From: Methylorubrum extorquens
GTDB taxonomy: Bacteria > Pseudomonadota > Alphaproteobacteria > Rhizobiales > Beijerinckiaceae
DNA: 32,000 nucleotides
Assembly (NCBI GenBank): GCA_900234795.1
Contig: LT962688.1
Location: forward strand, 4,680,001-4,712,000
Direction of reading: 5' to 3'
The notes under the pieces were generated by a model. The model had not been told where the DNA came from. It saw only the letters and a program-made list of their open reading frames with translations, and searched no databases. Position numbers and translations under genes: made by a program. Shown here one piece after another: positions 7,483-15,266 of this stretch. Every line of letters begins with the position of its first letter. The stretch's first letter is position 1.

Positions 7483-9437
7483 TGTTTCCCTCGCCCGGCG
7501 ACGCGGCCTCCGTGCTCGCGCTCTCGTTCGGCATCGCGCTCGGGCTTTTCGCTCTCGCGGGCCTGTTGCGGCCGGAGCGCGCCTTCGATCGCCTTCTGTT
7601 CGGAGCGCTGACGGCCGCGCTCATCGCTACCTACGCGCGCTGGCGCTGGAGCGACACGCTGCCGCCGCTGACCCCCGAGGCCGGTGCCCTCTGGTCCTAC
7701 CTGTTCTTCGCCGCCGAGATGGTGGCGGTGGTCTATACCCTGCTCTCGGTGATCATCCTGCTGCGCTTCAAGGACCGGTCAACGGAGGCCGACGCGGCCC
7801 AGGCTCGCCGCGAGGCGAGTGGCGAATGGCCGGCCGTCGACATCTTCATCTGCACCTACAACGAGCCGCGCGAGGTTGTGGAGAAGTCGATCCTGCCATC
7901 GCTCGCCATCGATTACGAACCCAAGACCGTCTGGGTCTGCGACGACACCCGTCGCGATTGGCTGCGCGACTATTGCGAGGAGGTCGGCGCCCGCTACATC
8001 ACGCGCCCGGACAACAAGGGGGCCAAGGCCGGCAACCTCAACAACGCCCTGCGTCACACCGCTGAGCGGACCGACGCCCCCCTTATTCTCGTGCTCGATG
8101 CGGATTTCGCGCCGCAGCCGAACATCCTCAAGCGCATGGTCGGCCTGTTCGATGATCCGAAGACGGGCGTGGTGCAGTCGCCGCAATTCTTCTTCAATGC
8201 CGATCCGATCCAGCACAATCTCGCCGCCTCCGATAGCTGGGTCGATGACCAGCGCATCTTCTTCGACGTGTTCCAGCCGGCAAAGGACGCCTGGAACGCG
8301 GCCTTCTGTGTCGGCACCTCGTTCATCGTGCGCCGCGACCGGCTCGGCGAGATCGGTGGCTTCCCGGATGCCGCGATCTGCGAGGATCTCAATCTGTCGC
8401 TCGGCATGTCACGCCGAGGCTACGAGACTCACTGGCTGAACGAGCGGCTAAGCATGGGCCTCTCGGCTGAAGGCCTCCCGGAATACATCACGCAGCGTAC
8501 CCGCTGGTGTCTCGGAACGATTCAGATCGCGTTGCTCGCCGACGGGCCGCTTCGCGGGCCGGGCTATACCCTGGTCCAGCGGATCCACTTCCTGCATGGT
8601 GTGCTGAACTGGGCCTGCAAACCTTACATCGTGCTGATGCTGCTGGCCCCGGCGGTCTACTGGATCGCCGGGCTGCCGGCCTTCGAGGCCGACGTGCTGT
8701 CCTTCCTGCGATACGGTGCGCCCCCGCTCTTCGCTCTGTGGGCCTATAGCGGCTGGGTTTCGCGCTCGCGCACGCTGCCGATCTTCATGGAGGTGACCCA
8801 CGCGATCAGTGCGCTCGCCGTCACCATGACGCTCATCCAAGCCGCCGTCCGACCCTTCGGCCGTCCGTTCAAAGTCACGGAAAAGGGGGGTGATCGCTCC
8901 CAGATGCGCGTCCGCTGGCGCATGGCCTCGGCCTTCGGCGGCCTCTCCCTGCTTTCGGCCTTCAGCATCGTCTGGGCCTTCATCGCCCCGACCGCTCCGG
9001 CCGAGATCTCGGATATCGACTACTTCAACCTCGTCTGGGCCGGAGTGGCGATGGTGCTGACCTTCATCTGCTTCCTCGTCTGTTTCGAATACCCGCGCGT
9101 CGATCTCGCATTCCGCTACGACGCCGACGCCCGGATCGAAGCCGGCGGGACCAGCCACGCCTGCCGCATCGCGACCCTTTCGCCCGGCCAGGCGACCCTC
9201 GCCGAGGCGGGGGAGCCGGTCTCCGCGGTGGGTGCGCCGCTCATCCTGCACCTTCCGGGCATCGGCGCGATCGACGCGGTTGCGGACTCCGCCGGCCTTT
9301 CACTCGATCCGACCCCGGAGCAGTACCGGGCTCTGGTCGTGGCCCTCTACTCCACCCCGCGCGATACCATCGCCCGGGCCGCCCGGTTCACACCGGCCGT
9401 TGGTGGCCTGCTCCGCCGGAGCCTGGGCCTCGGCTGA
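7479..9437 (+). CDS. GT2-family processive beta-glucan synthase (cellulose/curdlan/mixed-linkage-glucan synthase-like) with a C-terminal PilZ-like region
   Basis: AGGAGG at 7464-7469; ATG 7479 overlaps the upstream stop. Motifs: VWVCDD, LDADF (DxD), ICED (TED equivalent), QRTRW (QxxRW). Several TM segments lie on either side of the catalytic domain. 652 aa. The upstream part of ORF 6348..9437 is a spurious extension. Confidence 0.9.
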   Translation: MMFPSPGDAASVLALSFGIALGLFALAGLLRPERAFDRLLFGALTAALIATYARWRWSDTLPPLTPEAGALWSYLFFAAEMVAVVYTLLSVIILLRFKDRSTEADAAQARREASGEWPAVDIFICTYNEPREVVEKSILPSLAIDYEPKTVWVCDDTRRDWLRDYCEEVGARYITRPDNKGAKAGNLNNALRHTAERTDAPLILVLDADFAPQPNILKRMVGLFDDPKTGVVQSPQFFFNADPIQHNLAASDSWVDDQRIFFDVFQPAKDAWNAAFCVGTSFIVRRDRLGEIGGFPDAAICEDLNLSLGMSRRGYETHWLNERLSMGLSAEGLPEYITQRTRWCLGTIQIALLADGPLRGPGYTLVQRIHFLHGVLNWACKPYIVLMLLAPAVYWIAGLPAFEADVLSFLRYGAPPLFALWAYSGWVSRSRTLPIFMEVTHAISALAVTMTLIQAAVRPFGRPFKVTEKGGDRSQMRVRWRMASAFGGLSLLSAFSIVWAFIAPTAPAEISDIDYFNLVWAGVAMVLTFICFLVCFEYPRVDLAFRYDADARIEAGGTSHACRIATLSPGQATLAEAGEPVSAVGAPLILHLPGIGAIDAVADSAGLSLDPTPEQYRALVVALYSTPRDTIARAARFTPAVGGLLRRSLGLG

Positions 9438-9575
9438 GCGGCGCCGCGGGCGAAGCGCATCGGCGGATACTCTTGAACGCATTCCGACCGAGTGGCGGCC
9501 GGTGCGTCCGCAAGAACCCGCGGCAAGACAAGCATTTAGAGAAGCCGGCCTGAGGCAATCCGGCCGGATACGGCT

Positions 9576-12500
9576 CTAGGTGTGGTGATACATGTCGTGC
9601 ACCGGATGCGTCTGATCCGTGACCCCGATCAGGCCGACCGTGTGATGGGTCGTTGCCTCGTCCGGCCCGTGTGGAAGGGCCGATGGCGCCGGATCCTGAG
9701 GGGCGTCCGCGTGGAACACGAGATTGCCGTCCGCGTCGATCACCGCGGGCGGCGGGCTTGGCCGGCCCGGCTTCGCTTGACCGGACGCCCCCTGGGACGC
9801 CGCGGAGCCGGATTGGCCGTTTGGCAAAGGCCCGCCCGCCAGATCGGCTTCGACCTGTACAGGCGGCTGGGTCGGCTCGTTGGCCTTGACCGGAGGGGCC
9901 GCCTGTCCGGGCGCCTCCCGGTCGGTGCGGCCGCTGACCGAAAGGACGTCATCGACCTGTCCTCGATCGGGATGGGCCGGTGCGATCGCCTCCTGCGCAG
10001 CCGGTGCAGACGGCGACGTCAGGTCAGGACCACCGGACGGGCCGGACAGGTCATTCTCGTCCACGCCGTGAACTGTCGCCTGCGGGTCCGCCACTGGGAT
10101 CGCGCGAACGACGACGGGTCCCGCGCTGTCATGCGGTCCGTCAGGATCGGCTTGGGCGTGCTCACCCTTCGGCGACGCAATCTGAGCGTCCGACGCCGGT
10201 GAAGCGCCGTGTCCGAGGGGGTTTTCCGCCTCCGCCCGATCGCTTCCCCGATCCTGCAAGACTGGATCGTGGGCAGCCGACGCGGGAACGGCAGGCTCCG
10301 CATCGGCACTTTGCCCGTGCGGCGCCGACTCTTCCTGCGCAGGCCATGCCTGGGGCCCGGCGCCGCCGGCATGGACGTTCGATGGCGACGTCACGGCGAC
10401 GTCGCTTGGCGTGGATCCGTGCTCCTTCGTGCCGAACACGTCCCCGTTCGTCTGCTCCGAGGCTGCCGCGTTCGCGGCCTGATCGGAGCCATGCTCGATC
10501 GAATGACCCCGTGCGGGTTCGGAGGGCGACGATGTCAGATCCTGACCAGGTCCATCCGCCGCCGCGGGCGCCCGATCGGCCTTGGCTGCAGGCCCGGGAG
10601 CCGCTCCGTCGGTCGGATCGTGCGCGCCGCCCGGCAGCTCGGTCGCGCTGAGCGTTTTCGATCCGTGGAGAGCGGGATCGGGGTCGAGCAACGCATGAGC
10701 CTTCGGGGTCGGTGCCGCGTCGGATCGCGTTTCGCCGGGAGTTTCTGGCTTACCGTGACTTGAAGCCGTGTCGCTCGCGCCGGGACCATGCGCTTCGGGC
10801 GCTTGCTGGTCGTTCCGCTCGGCCGGAACCGAGTTTTGACTCTGGCCGCGATCGGCCTGCTGCTCAGTCGCGGGAAGAACGGCTTCGGCCTGCGCGGCCG
10901 ATCCCCGCTCGTTGGCATCGCTTGGGGCCCGGCCGTGGCCGGCGGTCGGCGCGTCTGAACCCGGCTCATGGTGCGCGACAACCTCGGCCTTCGAGTTGCT
11001 GCCATGACCCTGGCCGTTGTTGCTGCCCGTCGGCTCGATCTGCGGATCGTTTCCAGACGCCGCCTCGGTCGGCCGCTGCGAACCTTGATCGTTGGCATTC
11101 TCCTGGCCGCTGGCGCGACCAACCTGTTGACCCGCGGGAGGATCGCCGATCACGGCCTCGGCCCGTGTGCTTCCCGGGCCAGAGACGCCGGCATGGCCTT
11201 CACTCGGGCCGGTCTGCACGATCGGCGGGTTCTGTGCCACCGCAGTCTCGGCCTGCGGGCCCCGGTCCTGAGCAACGGCGCTCGCGTTGCCGTTACCACG
11301 GCCGGTCTGCTCGACCGGTGGGCCGTTCCTCGTCTCGGCCTGAGCCGGCACGGTTTCTTCCCGAGCGAAAACGCTGGATTGGTCATGGCCGCGGCCGGTC
11401 TGCGCGCTTGGCGGATTACTTCCCGTCGCAGGCTCAGCGTGCGGGCCCCGCTCCTGAGCAGCGACACCGGCATTGCCACGGCTGCTCGACTCGACCGGTG
11501 GGCTATTCGCCGCTTCAGCCTGAGCCGGCGAGGCGTGTTCCCGAGCGACAACACTGGATTGGTCATGGCCGCGGCCGGGCTGCGCGGTCTGCGGATTACT
11601 TCCCGTCGCAGGCTCAGCCTGCGGGCCCCGGTCCTGAGCAACGGCGCTCGTGTTGCCGTTGTCACGGCCGGTCTGCTCGACCTGTGGGCTATTCGCAGCT
11701 TCGGCCTGAGCCGGCACGGCGTCTTGCCCAGCGACAACGCTGGATTGGTCCTGGCCGCGGCCGGTCTGCGCGCTCGGCGGATTACTTCCCGTCGCAGGCT
11801 CAGCCTGCGGGCCCCGCTCCTGAGCAACGGCACCGGCATTGCCACGGCTGCTCGACTCGACCGGTGGGCTATTCGCAGCTTCAGCCTGAGCCGGCGCGGC
11901 GCTTTCCCGAGCGCCGCCGCTGGCGTGGCCATTGCCACCGCCGGCCGGCACGGTCTGCGGGTTGTTCCCGCTCGCCCCCTCAGGCGATGAAGCGCGGTCC
12001 GGACCGACGGTGTTCACGTGGCCGTTCGTGGGGCTCGTTGGCTCGGCCCGCATTTCATGAGAGGCCGCAGCCGGCGCGCCCTGATCCTGGCCTTGGGCGC
12101 TGGCTTGGCCCTGGCCGGGTCCAACCTGCTCGGCCTTCGGGCTGTGTCCGACGGCCGCCATCGCCGGCGAGCCGCGATCCTGACCGGTGCTTTCGATGAA
12201 ACTTTGACCGGGGCGGGCCTGCCCGGCCTGCGAAGTGTTCCCGGTCGCGGTTTCAACCTGCGCGCTCTGGGTCGCCGCAACGCTGGTGGGGTGCCTGTCA
12301 CTGTCGGCGCCACGCTCGGCCTGCGGACTATTCCCGGTCGCTGTATCCGTCTGAACGCCTCGGCCTCGACCGATGCCCTCGGGCTGGCTGTGACCGGGGG
12401 CGGCCTGTTCTCCTGTCGGATGGGTCTCGGCTCCAGCCTTGGCCGGGGATTCTCGATCCCGGCCCACGCCCTCGACGTGACCGTTGGCAAGCCCCGCCGG

Positions 12501-13802
12501 ATCGACCTTCGCACTGTCCTCGAGCGCAGCCTTTGCGGGTCGGCCGCCGCCCCGATCGTCGGCATCCCGCGAGGCTTCGGGGGCCGGTATCCGGTTCGTC
12601 GCAGTCTGGGTTACGGCATTGCCCCAGGCCGGTCGGGCAGGTCCGCTTCCGGCGTCAGCCGAGTCAGACGATGGGGCAGGTGCAGGACGGGCGCGGGAGC
12701 CGGGTTCGGCGATCGAGGCCAATGCCGAACCGGCATGCTGATCAGTTGAGTTTGACCCCGGCTCGTCCGATGTGGGCGCCGCACTCTCGCTGCGACCCGA
12801 CGTCGACGCCTGTTGGCCGCTGGATTTGGCGGCGGACGCCTCGGCCGATGTGCTGGCTAGCGCGACGTCGCTGCCAAATCTCGGCGCCAGCGGCTGGTTC
12901 TGCGAGGCTGGTGACTTCGGCGCTTCAGCCGGGGATTCGGTCCGCGCCACAGGAGCCGGATCGACCCGGCTCGCCGCTGTAATCGTGTCGGAAGCCGGGT
13001 GAGGACGAGCATCGGGATTCGCGCCGCTGCCCTGCGCCGTCAGAACGGCCGGCTGAGCCGACACGCTCCCGCGGCCGGAGCCGAACGCGGTGCCCGACGC
13101 CGGCGCCGCTTCACCCTGCGCGGTTAGGATCGAGGCGTTGCTCGCCCCGTCCGCGAAGTCGAGATTCAGCTCCGCGCTCACGGCGCGGTGATCGATCGCC
13201 ATGGCCTCGGCTGCGAAGATCATCGCGGAGAGGATGATGGCCTCGAGCTGCTTGCGATCGGTGTCCCGATCACCGGACCCGCCATTGGCCTTCGGCTGCG
13301 GATGGCCCGGCGCGGGCCCGCCACCCTGGGAGGCGGGCGGCGGAGATACGCCTTCGCCGTCCGCCACGAGCGAACCGGCATGGGCATCCTCTGAGGACAG
13401 GCTCAAGGCTGCCGCCGCCACCAGGGCCGCGAGCAGCGCGGCCGGATGAACCACGAGCGTCGTCCCCGTCGCTGTCGCCGGGATCGGAAGCAGGTGCGGA
13501 TGCAGTTGGGCGATCTGGTCGATCAGGGTCCGGAAATCCGTGCCGCGCACGGGCCGATCCAGAGCGTCCGAGGCGATGAGATAGCTGCCGTCGATTTTGG
13601 CGAAATGAATGATCGCGTCGCCGTCCGGTTGGCAGAAGACGAACCACGGCTCACCCTCGTCGCTGAGGCCGTGCTCGCTCGCGATGCTGAACCCGGCACG
13701 GAGGAGAGCCGCCTCGACGCGATAGAACTCGGCCAGCTCCTGCTGCGACCAGTTGCCTTGCCGCGCCGATGCCGGACGGAAGAAGGGAATGACCGTGCTC
13801 AT
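9576..13802 (-). CDS. giant low-complexity repeat protein (about 1408 aa) with a ~110-aa ordered N-terminal domain; unknown function, last gene of the T1SS cluster
   Basis: Single ORF 9576..13853. The best start is ATG 13802 (GGTGAG 6 nt upstream); alternatives are ATG 13808 and GTG 13853. N-terminus STVIPFFRPASARQGNWSQQELAEFYRVEAALLRAGF..., then a hydrophobic stretch LVVHPAALLAALVAAAALSL. The remaining >1200 aa are rich in A/P/G/S/Q/E with internal repeats. The tail is His-rich (HHTVGLIGVTDQTHPVHDMYHHT). Confidence 0.8.
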   Translation of the reverse strand: MSTVIPFFRPASARQGNWSQQELAEFYRVEAALLRAGFSIASEHGLSDEGEPWFVFCQPDGDAIIHFAKIDGSYLIASDALDRPVRGTDFRTLIDQIAQLHPHLLPIPATATGTTLVVHPAALLAALVAAAALSLSSEDAHAGSLVADGEGVSPPPASQGGGPAPGHPQPKANGGSGDRDTDRKQLEAIILSAMIFAAEAMAIDHRAVSAELNLDFADGASNASILTAQGEAAPASGTAFGSGRGSVSAQPAVLTAQGSGANPDARPHPASDTITAASRVDPAPVARTESPAEAPKSPASQNQPLAPRFGSDVALASTSAEASAAKSSGQQASTSGRSESAAPTSDEPGSNSTDQHAGSALASIAEPGSRARPAPAPSSDSADAGSGPARPAWGNAVTQTATNRIPAPEASRDADDRGGGRPAKAALEDSAKVDPAGLANGHVEGVGRDRESPAKAGAETHPTGEQAAPGHSQPEGIGRGRGVQTDTATGNSPQAERGADSDRHPTSVAATQSAQVETATGNTSQAGQARPGQSFIESTGQDRGSPAMAAVGHSPKAEQVGPGQGQASAQGQDQGAPAAASHEMRAEPTSPTNGHVNTVGPDRASSPEGASGNNPQTVPAGGGNGHASGGARESAAPAQAEAANSPPVESSSRGNAGAVAQERGPQAEPATGSNPPSAQTGRGQDQSSVVAGQDAVPAQAEAANSPQVEQTGRDNGNTSAVAQDRGPQAEPATGSNPQTAQPGRGHDQSSVVAREHASPAQAEAANSPPVESSSRGNAGVAAQERGPHAEPATGSNPPSAQTGRGHDQSSVFAREETVPAQAETRNGPPVEQTGRGNGNASAVAQDRGPQAETAVAQNPPIVQTGPSEGHAGVSGPGSTRAEAVIGDPPAGQQVGRASGQENANDQGSQRPTEAASGNDPQIEPTGSNNGQGHGSNSKAEVVAHHEPGSDAPTAGHGRAPSDANERGSAAQAEAVLPATEQQADRGQSQNSVPAERNDQQAPEAHGPGASDTASSHGKPETPGETRSDAAPTPKAHALLDPDPALHGSKTLSATELPGGAHDPTDGAAPGPAAKADRAPAAADGPGQDLTSSPSEPARGHSIEHGSDQAANAAASEQTNGDVFGTKEHGSTPSDVAVTSPSNVHAGGAGPQAWPAQEESAPHGQSADAEPAVPASAAHDPVLQDRGSDRAEAENPLGHGASPASDAQIASPKGEHAQADPDGPHDSAGPVVVRAIPVADPQATVHGVDENDLSGPSGGPDLTSPSAPAAQEAIAPAHPDRGQVDDVLSVSGRTDREAPGQAAPPVKANEPTQPPVQVEADLAGGPLPNGQSGSAASQGASGQAKPGRPSPPPAVIDADGNLVFHADAPQDPAPSALPHGPDEATTHHTVGLIGVTDQTHPVHDMYHHT
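11162..11891 (-). repeat. in-frame tandem repeat, four units of alternating 180 and 186 bp, inside the giant ORF
   Basis: On the minus strand, units start at 11891, 11711, 11525 and 11345, each beginning AQAE(A/T).... Peptide units alternate between type A (AQAEAANSPPVESSSRGNAG..) and type B (AQAEAANSPQVEQTGRDNGNTSAV..). The plus-strand landmark GC(C/G)TGCGGGCCCCG recurs at 11251, 11437, 11617 and 11803. Confidence 0.85.
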
Positions 13803-13880
13803 CGTCATCTCACCGTGTCGGCTCGTGGCGACCCTTGGCGGAGAGCGCCGCACCCCATGGCGGAGCGACCGGGTGCAGCG

Positions 13881-15263
13881 CTAGCGTTCATGGAAGGCGC
13901 GTCCCATCGCGTCGAAGAAGGGCGCGAACAGATATTCCAGGGCCGTGCGCTCCCCGGCCGAGACCACCACCTCGGCTGGCAAGCCCGCGAGAAGGCGATG
14001 TCGGACCTCGGCGGGAAGCTGGTGTTCGTCGATCTCCACGGTGCCGGCGAAATAGGCCTGCTTCGACCCCTCGTCGACCAGACGGTCCCGCGACACCACC
14101 GTGAGCGTTCCGAAGACTGCGGGCGTACGGCGAGCCTGAAAGGTCGGAAACTTGATCTCCGCCCGCATGCCGGCATGGACGGCCTCAAGGTCGTTGGGCG
14201 AGAATTGCACGTTGACCACGAGCCTGTCCGCCGTCGGGACGATCTCCATCAGCGGCTCGCCCGAGCGGACGACCTGCCCGATCGCGAAAACCTTGAGCCC
14301 CTGGATGACGCCGTCGTGGGAGGCGCGGATCTCGTGCCGCCGGAACACGTCCTGCGCGACGACGAGCTTTTCCCGGAGTTCGCCGATCCTCTGCCGCGTC
14401 TCGAGAAGTTGGCCGGTGACCGCCTCCTGAAGCTTCTGCTTCAACTGGGTGACCTGCAGCCCGGCCTCGCTGATGGCGTTCTCGGCTTTTGCTCTTTCCG
14501 CGACGGAGCGCCCGATCACACCCTCCAGTCGCGTGCGCTCCCGCTCCATCACGAGGAGGCGCGACAGCGGGATCAGATTTCGCTCGTGCAGGCTGCGCAG
14601 GCCCTCCAGTTCCTGTCGGATGAAGCCGACCTGCTGCTCGACCGAGGACTTCTCGACCGCAAGGCCGGAGATCTCCGTCCGCAGCTGGGTGACTTTGGCC
14701 TCGATGAGGGCGAGTTGGCCCTTCAGCGTCGTCCTCCGTTCGGCCAACTGACCCGCCTGGTCGCCGATCATGCGTGCGAGGACGGGCTCGTTGCGCCGTG
14801 CGGCGATGTCGGCGGGCAGTTGCAGGTCGTCGGACTGCGCCTGCTCCGCCCGCAGCCGCGCCTCCAGGACAAGAGCGGCGTCGAGCTGGTTTCGGAACAG
14901 GTCCGCACTCGCCTGGGACTGTAGGGGATCGATGCGCAGAAGGACGTCGCCGGAGCGAACCGTCTGCCCGTCCTTCACCAGCACCGCCTGGACCATGCCG
15001 CCCTCGAAGTGTTGGACGACCTTGCGGCTGGTTTCCGCGACGATGACGCCGGTGCTGATGACGGCGCGATCCAGGCGGACGGTGGCCGCCCAGGCACCGG
15101 CGACGCCGAAGGCCGCGGCGATGAGCGCATAGCCGCCGATCGCGTAACGCTGCCACGCGATCGACGGGACGGCGCTGTCCTCGGCACCCGTTCCGCCTCG
15201 GCCCAGCGACGACGAGGAAGCGGCGGAAGACGTGATCGGGATCGGGGCAGGAGGCATTGTCAT
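13881..15263 (-). CDS. type I secretion system membrane-fusion protein (HlyD/PrtE/AprE family)
   Basis: 460 aa. TM segment YALIAAAFGVAGAWAA; VVQHFEGGMVQAVLVKDGQTVRSGDVLLRID hairpin; long coiled-coil; C-terminal beta-barrel ending ...ERTALEYLFAPFFDAMGRAF. The start is 3 nt after the ABC stop. Confidence 0.9.
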   Translation of the reverse strand: MTMPPAPIPITSSAASSSSLGRGGTGAEDSAVPSIAWQRYAIGGYALIAAAFGVAGAWAATVRLDRAVISTGVIVAETSRKVVQHFEGGMVQAVLVKDGQTVRSGDVLLRIDPLQSQASADLFRNQLDAALVLEARLRAEQAQSDDLQLPADIAARRNEPVLARMIGDQAGQLAERRTTLKGQLALIEAKVTQLRTEISGLAVEKSSVEQQVGFIRQELEGLRSLHERNLIPLSRLLVMERERTRLEGVIGRSVAERAKAENAISEAGLQVTQLKQKLQEAVTGQLLETRQRIGELREKLVVAQDVFRRHEIRASHDGVIQGLKVFAIGQVVRSGEPLMEIVPTADRLVVNVQFSPNDLEAVHAGMRAEIKFPTFQARRTPAVFGTLTVVSRDRLVDEGSKQAYFAGTVEIDEHQLPAEVRHRLLAGLPAEVVVSAGERTALEYLFAPFFDAMGRAFHER

Positions 15264-15266
15264 GGC

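Noticed and set aside
9100-9437. Canonical PilZ c-di-GMP motifs (RxxxR and D/NxSxxG) in the GT2 C-terminus.
   Set aside because: The candidates are PRVDLAFRY and ATLSPGQ, whose spacing and residues do not fit. Only a PilZ-like region is claimed.
9545-9567. A hairpin, CCGGCC-N11-GGCCGG, between the convergent GT2 and giant-protein genes as a terminator.
   Set aside because: The stem is only 6 bp with an 11-nt loop and no clear U-tract on either strand.
11162-11891. A regularly spaced repeat array that could superficially be taken for a CRISPR array.
   Set aside because: The units are 180/186 bp, contiguous with no unique spacers, in frame, and encode a repeated peptide within one long ORF. 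No cas genes are present.
9576-13802. RTX (GGxGxD) calcium-binding repeats or a classical acidic C-terminal T1SS signal in the giant protein.
   Set aside because: The only near-hit is NGGSGDRD, which does not fit GGxGxD. The C-terminus is His-rich rather than of the typical D-hydrophobic type. The protein is therefore not called an RTX protein.
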